A DNA stretch of 60,039 nt, filler included, from an uncultured virus (IMG/VR IMGVR_UViG_2502082094_000001) (taxonomy: Duplodnaviria > Heunggongvirae > Uroviricota > Caudoviricetes). It is 8 parts of one record of this genome, joined end to end, with 100 filler letters (N's around TTAATTAATTAA, not from the genome) between each part and the next. Parts side by side here need not be neighbours in the genome. Positions count along the whole stretch, not along the records: positions 1 to 12,569 come from IMGVR_UViG_2502082094_000001; 7 more parts are not named here. One strand, 5' to 3'. The notes below the pieces were generated by a model. That model saw only the letters and a list, made by a program, of their open reading frames with translations, was not told where the DNA came from and did not search any database. Below, piece after piece: positions 1 to 10,645 of the stretch (positions are counted from its first letter, which is position 1; each line of letters opens with the position of its first letter). The position numbers and the translations under genes are program-made.

Positions 1-12
1 CCCGTATAGGGA

Positions 13-55
13 AGCTCTGCCGAAGAATCGAACTCCGGCCATACCAATCAGAGCT
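13..55 (-). ncRNA. Minimal tRNA-like element (acceptor stem + T-arm), allele of 49811-49853
   Basis: Minus strand GCTCTG-ATTGGTATGG-CCGGAG-TTCGATT-CTTCGG-CAGAGC-T: 6+6 bp stack with a T-loop. Confidence 0.75.
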
Positions 56-58
56 GCT

Positions 59-277
59 TTAGTCATCTTCCTGCTCGCCTATTAGCTCTAGGTACTCGTT
101 CATGTGTGTTATATCGTCGTCTGCGGATTCTTTAACTTCTCTAAGTATTTTAGCAATAAAGTAAGATTCGCTTCTATCATTAAAATCTGAAGCATCTTCA
201 ATCCAACTGGCAAGTTCTTCATCTGTGTATAGGGACTTCTGCCTTTTGTCGTCACTACCAGAAGAATCTTCGCTCAT
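59..277 (-). CDS. Small ribbon-helix-helix-like DNA-binding protein
   Basis: QKSLYTDEELASWIE...RSESYFIAKILRE pattern; homologous to the C-terminus of 49867-50424. Confidence 0.6.
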   Translation of the reverse strand: MSEDSSGSDDKRQKSLYTDEELASWIEDASDFNDRSESYFIAKILREVKESADDDITHMNEYLELIGEQEDD

Positions 278-446
278 GCTTCATAACACCATACCGTATT
301 TCGTGACACAATATGTCATTGTACCCCACGGTATATAAAGTTACCGGGACAGAAACTCCAGCCACGGCTTCGCTTCTACATCCTTTAGGCTTGTAGTATA
401 TTGTCGGTACATTTATGAACCTTGTATGCGTACCTGCTAGCGTAGC

Positions 447-1139
447 ATGGAAATACAAGATCTGAAAACACAGCTAGAAAACGAGCTGTTAGATCAAGAG
501 GATGTAACAGCCATAGGCATCGGACATGATGAAGATGGCAACGAAGTAGTTGTGATAAACGTAGATTATGGCAAGACTAACAGTGTTGCTATTCCTAGTA
601 ACATCGACACTTCAAATGTCGAGATTAGGGAGACTGGTAAGTTCCACGCAGAGGTAGTCCGTGGGCAGCAACCACAGGAGATTGATAGAAAGGCTAAACA
701 CAGGCCAGTACCTATGGGTGTATCTGTAGGACACTTTAACATTACTGCTGGTACTTCTGGCTTCATCGTGGCTGATGGAGACTTTGAGTACGTCTGCAGC
801 AATAACCACGTATATGCTGACATAAATAATGCTTCTGAAGGAGACAGTATCGTACAGCCTGGCCCCACCGATGGAGGGTCTACTCCTGAGGACGTATCTG
901 CAAAGCTTGCCGGTTATGTCCCTATTGAAAACGGGACTAAGCTCGACTTTGCGTGGGCAAGCTATAATGTAGAACACACTATAAACATCCCAGGAGTAGG
1001 AACTCCTCAGGGGACACCTATCAGCCCTAACGTAGGGGATACACTGATCAAAGGTGGCAGAACTACCGGAGTCACTGAAGGTCAAGTTGAGCAGATTGGT
1101 GTTAAAGTCACTGTAGGATATGGAGACGGAAACTCCTAC
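447..1139 (+). CDS. Trypsin-like (S1/Nal1-type) serine protease, 3'-truncated by gap
   Basis: GTSGFIV, SNNHVYA (His), QPG, LDFAW (Asp) and GRTTG motifs; TTTATG TATA-like box about 30 nt upstream. Near-identical to 50756-51165. Confidence 0.75.
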
Positions 1140-1159
1140 NNNNNNNNNNNNNNNNNNNN

Positions 1160-2479
1160 ATTATTAACGTTAAGCTTTTGAGTTAATCTAAGCTGAAGGT
1201 TCTTAATACCACCTGCTCCATCAGATTCACCATATGCTTTAAATATGTCATTCTGATCTATTCCAATACTTATTGATTGTTCAGAGTTTTCAGCTGCTGC
1301 ATCAGCATTAATATTAGCCAGTCTTTGGGCACCTGCATCTGAAGTATATGTAACCGACTCGCCAGTGCGAAGGCCAAAGTTGTTAACTCTGTTATTATGT
1401 AAGTCAACAATTATAGGATCAGATGTAGCGTCAAAACCAATCTGTTCTACACCGTCTTGATCTACAATGCTTATATCGCCAGACACAATGTCGGCTAGGC
1501 CATCATTCCCGCCTCTAATGTCAAAGCTACCTTTTATCCTAGCTACTTTCTTCTGTATCCCACCTGCCCCATCAGCTTCAGCAGCTATTTCTAATATTGA
1601 CTCTCCACCTATATCAAATTTATACTCTTGTGCAGTACCAGCTGCTGGACTATCGGTAACAGGTATATTTACAATTGTTTGAGAGCCTGCATCTTCAGGG
1701 TATAAGAACGATCTACCAAGAGGTAAGTTTACATCTCTGTCACCAAAACTATACACGTTGTCTCTATTAGCTGTAGACCCAGTACCTATGGCTACAGAAT
1801 TTACACCGTTTGCTTCTGCACCATTACCTATAGCAGTTGAATCCTGAGCTGTAGCAATAGTGCCTCTACCAACTCCAGTTGCGCCATCTCCTGTTACATC
1901 AACACCAGTGCCAATAGATGTGGCATTGTCTGCTTCTACTGTTACACCTTGACCTACGACAGTAGTTGCAGCTCCATTTGCTTTAGTGCCCTGCCCAAAT
2001 GCAGATGCACTTTGTTTTAATGCTTCAGTCCCTCTACCAACTGCAGTTGACTGGTTTCCATTTGCTGTAGCATCTTCACCAATTGCTACTGTATCGTTAC
2101 CTCTTGCTTCTGATTTACGTCCAACTAGTACTACGTTTTCTCCATTAAAGCTGCTTCCAGCGTCATACCCTATTACGGTATTCCAATTAGACGGAGCTGT
2201 AGTCTCAGTGCCTATAGCGGTAGCGTCTTGACCTGTAGCCTCTGCTCCTTTACCATATGCGACAGTTCTACCATTGTTTGCTATTGCTCCTGTTCCAGTT
2301 GCTGTAGAGTCTGTCCCTGTAGCAACAACATTTCTACCAATACCTACAGTGTCTGGTAAAGTATCTGCATTGAGACCTATACTCACAGGGTCTTGAATTA
2401 GATCTCCAACTAGCTCTATGTCACCTCTAATTACTCTCCCACCGCCAAAGTAGGCAGTAGGTTGTTCCATTAGTCCCAT
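1160..2479 (-). CDS. YadA-head-repeat fibre/adhesin, variant allele, partial
   Basis: Repeated ATAIG/STAVG 14-aa units; probable true start MGLMEQP at 2479; N-terminal part near-identical to 16952-19063. Confidence 0.75.
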
Positions 2480-2745
2480 AACATTGTATACAAACGGGAG
2501 TGGCATAAATGGTTTGGTGCCTCGCGCGCGTGCGCGTAGCATGTAGCTACTGTAGAGAGTAACTACTGTAGAAAGTAGTAGCAAATTTTTAGAGCTCTAC
2601 TGCTATAGCTTAGCGACATGCTAAGATTAAAANNNNNNNNNNNNNNNNNNNNTTACAACTTGTACTATAGTCAGTAAGCTGTGTGAACTTTACGTGATAG
2701 ATCATCCATACTGTTGTAGTTGTATAGGTCCAATTTCTATCTCGA

Positions 2746-2961
2746 CTACAGATTTGATCTGGTAATCACCAGTACTGAAGTCTCAGGAACCCAATTGATT
2801 CTCGACACTGTACACTCATCGTACACGATGTTAAACTTCTTTGTTTGACTTTCTTCTATATCTTGTCTTACTAACCGTAATGGTTCTGTCTCCTTTAGTA
2901 TTACGTTTGCTTTGAACGTGAAAGTTCTTGGTTCTGTATAATTGAATCTTCTTGAAGCCAT
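2746..2961 (-). CDS. Hypothetical protein
   Basis: ORF begins at the ATG after the leader shared with 56967-57030. Confidence 0.4.
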   Translation of the reverse strand: MASRRFNYTEPRTFTFKANVILKETEPLRLVRQDIEESQTKKFNIVYDECTVSRINWVPETSVLVITRSNL

Positions 2962-3248
2962 GCTGTTGCTTTATTGTTATTGTTACTGCCCACGGCGGGG
3001 TCTGTGCGCCTTCCGTTGCTGCGAACATTAATCTCTACCTTTAACTCTACCTTATCTAGTCTCTTACAGCAGTTCCGTGGGAGTACCTCTTTACTCTAGA
3101 GTGTAGTAGAGTATAAGTAGTAACCTTTATAACCCTCTATATTAATACGCGCGCGCGACACGCGCCCGCACGCACGTAGTAGGGTTTTGCTCGTATTCTA
3201 AGCAATAGTACTGACCTTAATTGTTCGCAGAACTTCACTTTTTGATGC

Positions 3249-3452
3249 TTATTTATGATCTGCTCTGCTCCTTGCCTGCTTAGCCATTTCTATGTATACG
3301 TTTGCTGATGACTTTTCAATGAACTCTGCTAGCTCCTCATAGCCCATATCTTCGGCTTTTCGCTTAACAGCTCCTTTATCAAACATGTTTACTATCCCGC
3401 TTTTCCTTATGGCTTCTTGCTGATGAAGTACTTCTTCTGGATATTCACTCAT
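3249..3452 (-). CDS. DUF5049-like small protein
   Basis: EAIRKSGIVNMFD...A..MGYEEL..FIE pattern; allele of 57253-57456. Confidence 0.6.
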   Translation of the reverse strand: MSEYPEEVLHQQEAIRKSGIVNMFDKGAVKRKAEDMGYEELAEFIEKSSANVYIEMAKQARSRADHK

Positions 3453-3455
3453 TGC

Positions 3456-3896
3456 TTACAATGATTCTGTATTTTTACAGTTGGGATACCAAGAGCAACC
3501 ATAAAATTCTTCACCATTCGAGTTCTCTCGGATCACCATAGTATTGCCACACTCTTCGCACTTTTTGACGTTACCTTGTTGCTTAGCGAGCTTGTTGATC
3601 TTCTTTTTCAAGTTCTTTTTCCAAGTTTGTATTCTGTTAGTACGTCTTTCTTTGAGTACTGGACGGCCACTATCCGTATGTAGCACTACTGTTCTGATAG
3701 CGTCTGAACCTCTACTACGTGCTTCTCCAGTGCGCTTATCAAGCGATGAATAGACACGTAGCGTGAATGTGTCGTCTTCTGACTTAGCCTCGTATATCAG
3801 TTCTCCTGACCACGGGTAGTCTTTTCTTTCAAAGTCCACGTCGGTTTCTGAAAGAGCCTGTTCAAACTCTTCTTGGATAATGTCTGAGTATTTTCG
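3456..3896 (-). CDS. Protein with C-terminal topoisomerase-type Zn ribbon, 5'-truncated by gap
   Basis: CEECG.MVIR...GEEFYGCSWYPNC; allele of 58409-58861. Confidence 0.7.
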   Translation of the reverse strand, partial: RKYSDIIQEEFEQALSETDVDFERKDYPWSGELIYEAKSEDDTFTLRVYSSLDKRTGEARSRGSDAIRTVVLHTDSGRPVLKERRTNRIQTWKKNLKKKINKLAKQQGNVKKCEECGNTMVIRENSNGEEFYGCSWYPNCKNTESL

Positions 3897-4170
3897 NNNN
3901 NNNNNNNNNNNNNNNNCCTTTTAATCTTAGTATAAAGCTTTATATAAGTTACTAACGCGCGTGCATGTGCGCGCGTGTGTGCCCACGCGGGCGTATAGGG
4001 GATATAGCAAATCTTGACGCCATACCGTGGGGAATACTGTTAGATCTAGAAGCAATAATTGCTAAATATAATGTAGTCTAGGTGGAAATTCAAGCATATG
4101 TCTATGTCTTTAGCCACTTTATTTCAAATATTGGTGACTGAAACAGCCGGTACATCTTCACTCAGCATCA

Positions 4171-4449
4171 TCAAAATGCGATATAATTGTAATCTTCCCC
4201 GCTTGTATTGGGAAAAGAGTTGCTGGCTCCGTCCTTGACCTCAAATCCTGTGTTTTCTAATGAAATTCTCCCTCCCCCGGTCCCTCGGATCATGATCGGG
4301 AGGTTCGAGGAAAAATTATCTCCGAAGAAAAAACCCGTGTTACTCCCGTCATCTATGATGACCATATCAGGATTAAAACCAAGATCAATAGTCTGGACAC
4401 CTCCGTCCCCAGTGTAACTCCCTCGGTGCCGGTCTCGGAAACAACTCAT
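4171..4449 (-). CDS. Fibre-tip-like beta domain (possibly the frameshifted C-terminus of 4385-5524)
   Basis: GSYTGDG...IDLGFNPDMVII...NTSGEDYNYIAF, a pattern common in viral fibre proteins. Confidence 0.55.
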   Translation of the reverse strand: MSCFRDRHRGSYTGDGGVQTIDLGFNPDMVIIDDGSNTGFFFGDNFSSNLPIMIRGTGGGRISLENTGFEVKDGASNSFPNTSGEDYNYIAF

Positions 4450-5524
4450 TATCTAACAACCCTGCCGGATTTGGATTGCCGCCATTATCTATGTTCGTCC
4501 CTTGCCTGATAGTCCATTTTTTTGGACCAGTCCCGACCTGCTCGTAATCTATTGTTTCAATACTGTCAAAGTCAGCATTTATCCCCACTCCCTTAACGTT
4601 ATGGTTCTCTCCCGCGACTCCGAGACGAACGCCAGTATCCCACTTGTATATATGGCCTCCGACAGCCATCGGCCCGCTCGTACAATCTTCAATATGAACC
4701 CCTACCCCGGTATATGGCGTTGAAGAATCCCCTTCGATTGAGGTATGATGTAGGGGAGCGCCGCCCGAACCAGAATATCGCAGACATGGATCTCCTTTGT
4801 GGAGATGCCCCCCGAAAATGGGAGCGAGATCAGCCAAAATAACAGCAGTCGGAGAGCCGTTTGTGCGGCCGAACCAAAACGGGGCAAAATGTTGGCTATC
4901 GTTCAGTTTTTGTCGTGAATGTTCGTAGTATTGAGCTTCATTACCGTTCGCGTTGTTGTTGATTAACGAAAGTCGGAAAGTAGCATAATCAAAGACCTCT
5001 CCCCCGACTGCCACTCCCGCGTCTCCAAACTCAGACACAGAAGTATTAGAGATGGTTATATTCCGCACCTGATTTTGGCCTATATCTATCCCGCGGCCAC
5101 CATCCCCCGCATTATTTGGGCGAAGGCCAAAAGAACAGAGATCAACACCAGAAACGGTCTTAGACTCGTTTTCAATCTTTAGAGCGGCATCTGTCCCCCC
5201 CGTCCAAACTAATTCAGTAGTTGACTCAATACTGCCGCCAGAAACAGGAGAACCACCCCCAGCCCCCTCAAGAACAACAGCAGAAGTATTTATTTTTGCT
5301 TGGGTGTTGTACTGATGCTCTCCTGGCTCTAATGTTAATTTGAGTGGGGGGTTAAGCTGGCTTTGCGAGTAATTAATAGCCTCTCCTACGTCGGACACCA
5401 CTCCCTGATTCACAAGAGAGTTAAGATTTACAACATTATTCACCTCTCTTGTACTGACCGATTCATTATCTACGGGTACATCTACAATCCCATCAGCATC
5501 TTGATCTGTATTGTCGTAGGTCAT
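4385..5524 (-). CDS. Pectate-lyase-like right-handed beta-helix protein (spike/depolymerase candidate)
   Basis: DVGEAIN, LTLEPGEHQY, VVLEGAG N-terminal motifs followed by beta-helix-like repeats; more GC-rich than its flanks. Confidence 0.6.
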   Translation of the reverse strand: MTYDNTDQDADGIVDVPVDNESVSTREVNNVVNLNSLVNQGVVSDVGEAINYSQSQLNPPLKLTLEPGEHQYNTQAKINTSAVVLEGAGGGSPVSGGSIESTTELVWTGGTDAALKIENESKTVSGVDLCSFGLRPNNAGDGGRGIDIGQNQVRNITISNTSVSEFGDAGVAVGGEVFDYATFRLSLINNNANGNEAQYYEHSRQKLNDSQHFAPFWFGRTNGSPTAVILADLAPIFGGHLHKGDPCLRYSGSGGAPLHHTSIEGDSSTPYTGVGVHIEDCTSGPMAVGGHIYKWDTGVRLGVAGENHNVKGVGINADFDSIETIDYEQVGTGPKKWTIRQGTNIDNGGNPNPAGLLDNELFPRPAPRELHWGRRCPDY

Positions 5525-5834
5525 CTATATAACTAGTTGTCACTACAAGGTTAAAAAATTAATGTAAAAGCAATATTCTATACCGAGTACCCATAACATT
5601 TATCCATGAAAAACGTATACCATGTACGTGTAAGACACTATGGAAAATGAAGCGCTTATACTGGCACTGCTTATTATCTCAGTGCTAACAAGAGAGGAGA
5701 AAATATGATGAGGGTAGAGATCAACATGGGCAAGTCCATCAGAGGATTAGTCTCACAGTATGCGAACGAGAAGCATATAACAATGCCAGAAGCATACAAG
5801 CAACTAATNNNNNNNNNNNNNNNNNNNNGAGTGT

Positions 5835-6671
5835 CTACCAACTGTAGTTTAGATCTTGTATTGGAATCCTGACCTCAGAGTCTATATTAAATGTTCTATT
5901 TTTAGTTGATCCATTCCACTCATACTGTATATCAACTTCTCCAGTAACATTTGCTAACATACTCCCAGTTACCCACACATCTATAACAGATTCAATTAGT
6001 TCAAGAAAGCCTTCTTTTCTAAACCCAACATTTACTGATTCACTTGTGTCTGGAGTCACATCAGCTATAGATGATTGTACAGTATCTATAGTCTCGTCGA
6101 TAGACTCTACACCGAATGTTTGGCTGCTTTCCATACTAAGTACAGCACTACCATCTACAACCTCGGTTGATGTTTCTACATCATCTTTACACTTGTATGT
6201 TGTCGTTGTCTTTACTTCACCAGGTTCAGAAAAGTTGTCTCCAGTTACCTCTACGTCTCCCTCGATTCTAGCATTGACTGGATTAAGATAAGCAGTAGCA
6301 GATGTCACAGCAGTTGGGTTGTTTCTAAACTCTATCTTTGGGTCTATATATTCCTCACTAGTCGCAGAGCACTCTAGTCCAAGAAACTGGGTGATACCAC
6401 ACCCAACTATACCACATATCGGTCTATCGTATTGTGGGCTTAATATTCTGTCACTAGGTGCTCTAGGAAATTGGTTTAGGGCTTTCTGCCCTCCCCGTGT
6501 GGTTTCATATATGTCTAAAGACTCTATTTGAAAACTACCTTGTGACCGTACTGGTATGCTCCCACTCTGACCTACTTTAACGTTTCTGACTCCGAGAGAC
6601 TGTAACATACCAGTAGCCTTATTGTAAAACTCATCTTCGTTAGCTGCCTCTCGGCTCATAATTTGACTCAT
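5835..6671 (-). CDS. Hypothetical protein, possibly structural
   Basis: 278-aa acidic ORF overlapping the upstream stop codon. Confidence 0.7.
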   Translation of the reverse strand: MSQIMSREAANEDEFYNKATGMLQSLGVRNVKVGQSGSIPVRSQGSFQIESLDIYETTRGGQKALNQFPRAPSDRILSPQYDRPICGIVGCGITQFLGLECSATSEEYIDPKIEFRNNPTAVTSATAYLNPVNARIEGDVEVTGDNFSEPGEVKTTTTYKCKDDVETSTEVVDGSAVLSMESSQTFGVESIDETIDTVQSSIADVTPDTSESVNVGFRKEGFLELIESVIDVWVTGSMLANVTGEVDIQYEWNGSTKNRTFNIDSEVRIPIQDLNYSW

Positions 6672-7273
6672 TGTTCTATGTATTCATCGTACCCGTCTAC
6701 ATTACTTACTGTACTGTCCCTACCTATCTTCACATTGAACACAGATGGCCTTTCGTATACTGGAAACTCAACACCATCTAGTTCTACTTTATGCGTTCTG
6801 TACCCTCTCACATCGAACCGTTGTAAGTTGATTTGCTTTCTCATTTGTCTTCCAATCTCTGTAACCCCTGTACTTGAACGCCTCATAGCTTTTAGCATTC
6901 TGAGACGCTCACCTGTTCTAAGATCTCTCATATCTATAGCAGTCAGCAAAAAGTCTTCTTCAACATCAGCCTCATATATTGGAGTAACAACGGCCATATA
7001 GTCTTGCTCAGTTGCTAATCCAGTCATTATATCTATTGTAGACAGATCAAACCCTGTGGGGTGAGAGTGTACAGATGCTATTACGTTCCCTCTACTCATT
7101 ATACGAGCTTCCTGATCTCGTGAAAGGCTTATATGAGTAGACTCACCTTTGTAAATATCACTCACTGAACCATCTTTATATATGAAAAATATGGCTTCTC
7201 TGTTTTCATTCTTCTGAGTTTCTATTATTTCCTTTATCTCTTGGTTGTATTCTTTAGATATATCTAAATCCAT
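6668..7273 (-). CDS. JAB/MPN-family metalloprotease
   Basis: N-terminal Glu (NREAIF) and HSHP-x4-S-xx-D (VHSHPTGFDLSTID) JAMM motif. Confidence 0.75.
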   Translation of the reverse strand: MDLDISKEYNQEIKEIIETQKNENREAIFFIYKDGSVSDIYKGESTHISLSRDQEARIMSRGNVIASVHSHPTGFDLSTIDIMTGLATEQDYMAVVTPIYEADVEEDFLLTAIDMRDLRTGERLRMLKAMRRSSTGVTEIGRQMRKQINLQRFDVRGYRTHKVELDGVEFPVYERPSVFNVKIGRDSTVSNVDGYDEYIEQ

Positions 7274-7594
7274 TATCCATCGAGCCTTGCTTTGATTCTT
7301 GTCTTTATTCTATCCGACACTTCACCTTCAAACCCATCTACTATAGTCTGACAGCGTTTGTGATATCTATCTGCTATTGCATCACTTGTCTTCTTCTCTT
7401 AACGTTATACCTCACGCGCTCATAGACACTCTGTCTAAAGTCACCCGGAAGCGGTGTATCATGCTCGCACATCATGTTAAGAACAGGAGTATCTATCACC
7501 GGCTCTACATCGGGTTCAGTCTGTGGTTCTTCAGTCCCATTCATACTTAAGTCTATGTATGTCGGTATGACGTTTATATCTATTGGCGTAAGAT

Positions 7595-8215
7595 CTACTC
7601 TGTTATTACCTCTTGACGTTCTTCCTGCGTAGCTAAATTACCCTCTCCACCATCACCGCTACTATCCCCACCTCCTGTGGTTCCGGTCTCTTCTAACACC
7701 GTAATTGGAGTTGTTACAGACTCTATATTCCCGGTGTCGTCTCTTACAGTGAGCATTACTTCATAGTCTCCTGGATTACTGTACATGTTTTCTGCTGTTT
7801 CGCCTGTGGCCTGGTCTCCATCACCGAACTCCCACACATACTCTTGTATGCTCCCATCAGGGTCAGAACTTGAGGAAGCATCAAACTGTATGGAGTCAGA
7901 TGTAGTTGGAGTAGACGGAGTGTATTCAATTTCTGGCTCTGGCACAGCAGTAACGTTTATCTCCTTAGTTATAGTAGATGTATTACCCACAGAGTCTTCA
8001 ACTGTAAGAGTGGCTTCGTATGTACCGTAATCTTGGACTGTAGTTTCTACAACTGAACCACTCTTAGTTATGCTCTCATTAAGCACCCAATCGTATGATG
8101 TTATGTCTCTGTCAGGATCTGATGAAGGAGAGGCGTCCAGAGTTATAGTGTCTCCCACAGTAGGAACACTTGGGGTGACGTTAAAGTCTGGCTCTGGTGG
8201 AGCACTAACGCTTAC
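7595..8215 (-). CDS. Two PKD domains; probably the C-terminal continuation of the S8 protease at 12670-14513
   Basis: FDASSSSDPDGSIQEYVWEFGDG-type PKD motifs; the S8 ORF breaks off inside a PKD domain at a gap. Confidence 0.7.
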   Translation of the reverse strand, partial: VSVSAPPEPDFNVTPSVPTVGDTITLDASPSSDPDRDITSYDWVLNESITKSGSVVETTVQDYGTYEATLTVEDSVGNTSTITKEINVTAVPEPEIEYTPSTPTTSDSIQFDASSSSDPDGSIQEYVWEFGDGDQATGETAENMYSNPGDYEVMLTVRDDTGNIESVTTPITVLEETGTTGGGDSSGDGGEGNLATQEERQEVITE

Positions 8216-8236
8216 NNNNNNNNNNNNNNNNNNNNT

Positions 8237-8428
8237 TGCTCCGAGAATAATGGAAGACTCAAAGGTTAAGTGAGATACAGTAATGTACCCCACCCAAACA
8301 GCTAGCGACGTAACAAGAGCTGTTTGGACCCTCATTGCTCTTGCCCAGTTTATTATTCTGTACCTTAGATCCGTTTCGTTAAGGTTCATATTTTCGCTGC
8401 TGTGGCTCATTTCTGTATTATAACTCAT
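8237..8428 (-). CDS. Second UbiA-like prenyltransferase, N-terminal fragment
   Basis: WARAMRVQTALVTSLAVWVGY resembles WLQLFRAHTVILEAPMALIGA of the adjacent UbiA; truncated by gap. Confidence 0.5.
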
Positions 8429-8594
8429 GTATAAGTGTGCTACATATTTAAATTGCTGGGCTGTTATTTAACGATGTATAATATATCTTATATTGCCGCC
8501 TTCATGCGATTATCGTGTGAAAAGACCTGACTTATCAAAGTGATATATCGCACAAACATAACCCCCACATGTGACATTATCATACCCATTGCTA

Positions 8595-9598
8595 CTAAAC
8601 CTGCGGTACTAAATACGTGCCCCAGATGAATTTACTTGTGCTTGCAAGATACACTACCATAGATAGCACCACTAAACCATACAGCCAGTACGACAATGTA
8701 GTAACTGCCGCAAAGTGTATGGCAGTGTATCCTACAAACTCCTTAAGAGATATCCATTTTAATCTTCTGCTTCTCAAAAATCTACCCTGCTTTAGCATTT
8801 CATCTGTTATAGCTACAACTATGGCTAATAAACCAGCTGTTATTATCACTTCAACCGTTGATGGGCTAGTTAGAAATACTGCGTACAATACGCAGAAGCA
8901 CTGTACAATTGTTAACGCATATGCAAAGACAAGAGATATACCAGATGTTGAGAAATACACTATACCATCTCCGTTTGTACTTGATTCCATACCCATTGTC
9001 TGTATCAGGCTAGCTTCATCCTGCTCCATGTCTTTTAGATCACCAGATATAGCTATTTGATATGAATGGTGAGCAAAGTAAGCAGCTGTCATTGATAGAA
9101 CCCATGATTTTATGCTATCTGTATACAGGTAATAAGAATAAAAAATACGAGAGTGTGAGCTATAGATATTGGAACGAACTTGAGTATGGTATACTTTCCA
9201 AAGTAGTTGTATATTAGCCCAGATACTATCATTAATACAGATAACCCCACGGCGGGTGGGCTTGAGTAGGTAAGAGCAAATAAATATACAACTAATGCTC
9301 CCGTCAACCCGTATATAACCTTCTTTGCAGTCTCCGGGTCAATATCTCCAGTATTTAATGGATGATGCTGTTTCATGGGATCATCTTTATCGAAGCCCTT
9401 TTTCCAATCTACATACGAGTTCATCCCGTAACCCACTATATGGTATAGAGCACCGAAAAGCAACCAAGCACCCACCCGTGGGTCTACAAATGTGCCAACA
9501 CCTATTGCTGCTCCAATCAATGCCATTGGAGCTTCAAGTATAACTGTATGGGCCCTAAACAACTGTAGCCATGATCTAGTTGATTCTACTACATTCAT
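8595..9598 (-). CDS. UbiA-family prenyltransferase (single gene with apparent frameshift near 9135)
   Basis: Multi-TM protein with NSYVDWKKGFDKDDP..HHPL (first Asp-rich motif) and GDLKDMEQD (second motif); adding one base joins ORFs 9110-9598 and 8595-9092. Confidence 0.75.
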
Positions 9599-9688
9599 GT
9601 TACTACTCCATCTGGCTTATGTATCTGTACATCTCCCTGTATGCTGCGTACCCCGTGTACAATAAACTTTTCACCGGGAGAATTAGCA

Positions 9689-10645
9689 TTACGGTCTTAC
9701 GGTGTACTCTCCTAGAACTGCCTGAGTTCCATCTTCAGGCATAATCTCCGCAACTAGTGGGTTCAGCGTAGGCGCAAATGTTCTAAAGCTCAGGGTACTC
9801 TCTCCTTTGGGAATACTCTTGGTGAACGAGTTTAGAGTCACAGTGTAATCTTGGCTGCTACGGAGTTTGATGTTTAGATCTTGTGCTTTGTTAGACTGAA
9901 CCGTAGTAGTTACTCTTTGGATGAATGACGGTCTAGACGGAGTATGGCCCACAAATAGCGGCCCTGTATTATCACCTACAGTTGGGAAGCCTATAGGTTG
10001 TCCTGGATTGTTGGTCAGTTCTTCTACTGACATAAGTGATCCTACCCATTGTTCATTCTGTATGTTATTTGCTGCTGCCCAGCCTAGAAGGTTCTCACTA
10101 GCTATAACCCCATTACCTGGAGCATTAATTGAGAAGTTCTTGTCCCCTGCTATAATGTTGGCCTCCCCATTTTCTGAAACTGTTTGTCCTCTTTCAGACT
10201 TAAATGCCATCTGACCGTTCTTTACACCGGGAGTATATGGGTCTCCAGCGGCTACAGTTAACGCACTGCCTGCTCTAGCATACTCGTTAGCTCTAGCTTT
10301 TAGATTGGCTACGTATGCCTTTGCCGGAACCATCCAATCAGTAACGTCAGGCTCACTTTCTACTGGGGTAGTGTTTCTTGCCCAGTCCATCATTCTAGAC
10401 GAGCTTAGAGTCAAGGGCTCATCATATATCCCACTCCCCATGAGCCCTGACGGTTCAAACGAATCTGATTCGCTCGTGACTGTTACACCCCTTACTTTAG
10501 TCATGTCTGAAGCTATACCACCTGCCATGTCTAGTACCGTACCACTTGATGTAGGTAGTGCGCTTTTTGCTCTGTTAACCGCTGGGGGTATTTCCATTCT
10601 TGTACTGTCTATGCCGTTCTGCTTTCTTTGAATGTTGTATCTCAT
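9689..10645 (-). CDS. Putative structural protein, paralog of 10642-11636
   Basis: Shares DWM, AGDP/TGDP, GW and FR.P.DYT-like blocks and a similar C-terminus with its neighbour. Confidence 0.65.
   Translation of the reverse strand: MRYNIQRKQNGIDSTRMEIPPAVNRAKSALPTSSGTVLDMAGGIASDMTKVRGVTVTSESDSFEPSGLMGSGIYDEPLTLSSSRMMDWARNTTPVESEPDVTDWMVPAKAYVANLKARANEYARAGSALTVAAGDPYTPGVKNGQMAFKSERGQTVSENGEANIIAGDKNFSINAPGNGVIASENLLGWAAANNIQNEQWVGSLMSVEELTNNPGQPIGFPTVGDNTGPLFVGHTPSRPSFIQRVTTTVQSNKAQDLNIKLRSSQDYTVTLNSFTKSIPKGESTLSFRTFAPTLNPLVAEIMPEDGTQAVLGEYTVRP

Larger units (their letters stand above)
2962..3896. repeat. Allelic copy of ~56967-58852 lacking the GIY-YIG endonuclease insertion
   Basis: Near-identical to 56967-57474 and 58418-58852, joined directly. 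Confidence 0.9.

Noticed and set aside
1..5808. Apparent long duplications or terminal repeats
   Set aside because: Short gap-bounded pieces that each match a different later region with SNPs and indels; best explained as co-assembled strain variants.
7595..8428. Membrane-PKD fusion ORF in the track
   Set aside because: Read-through across an N gap joins a UbiA N-terminus to unrelated PKD domains.
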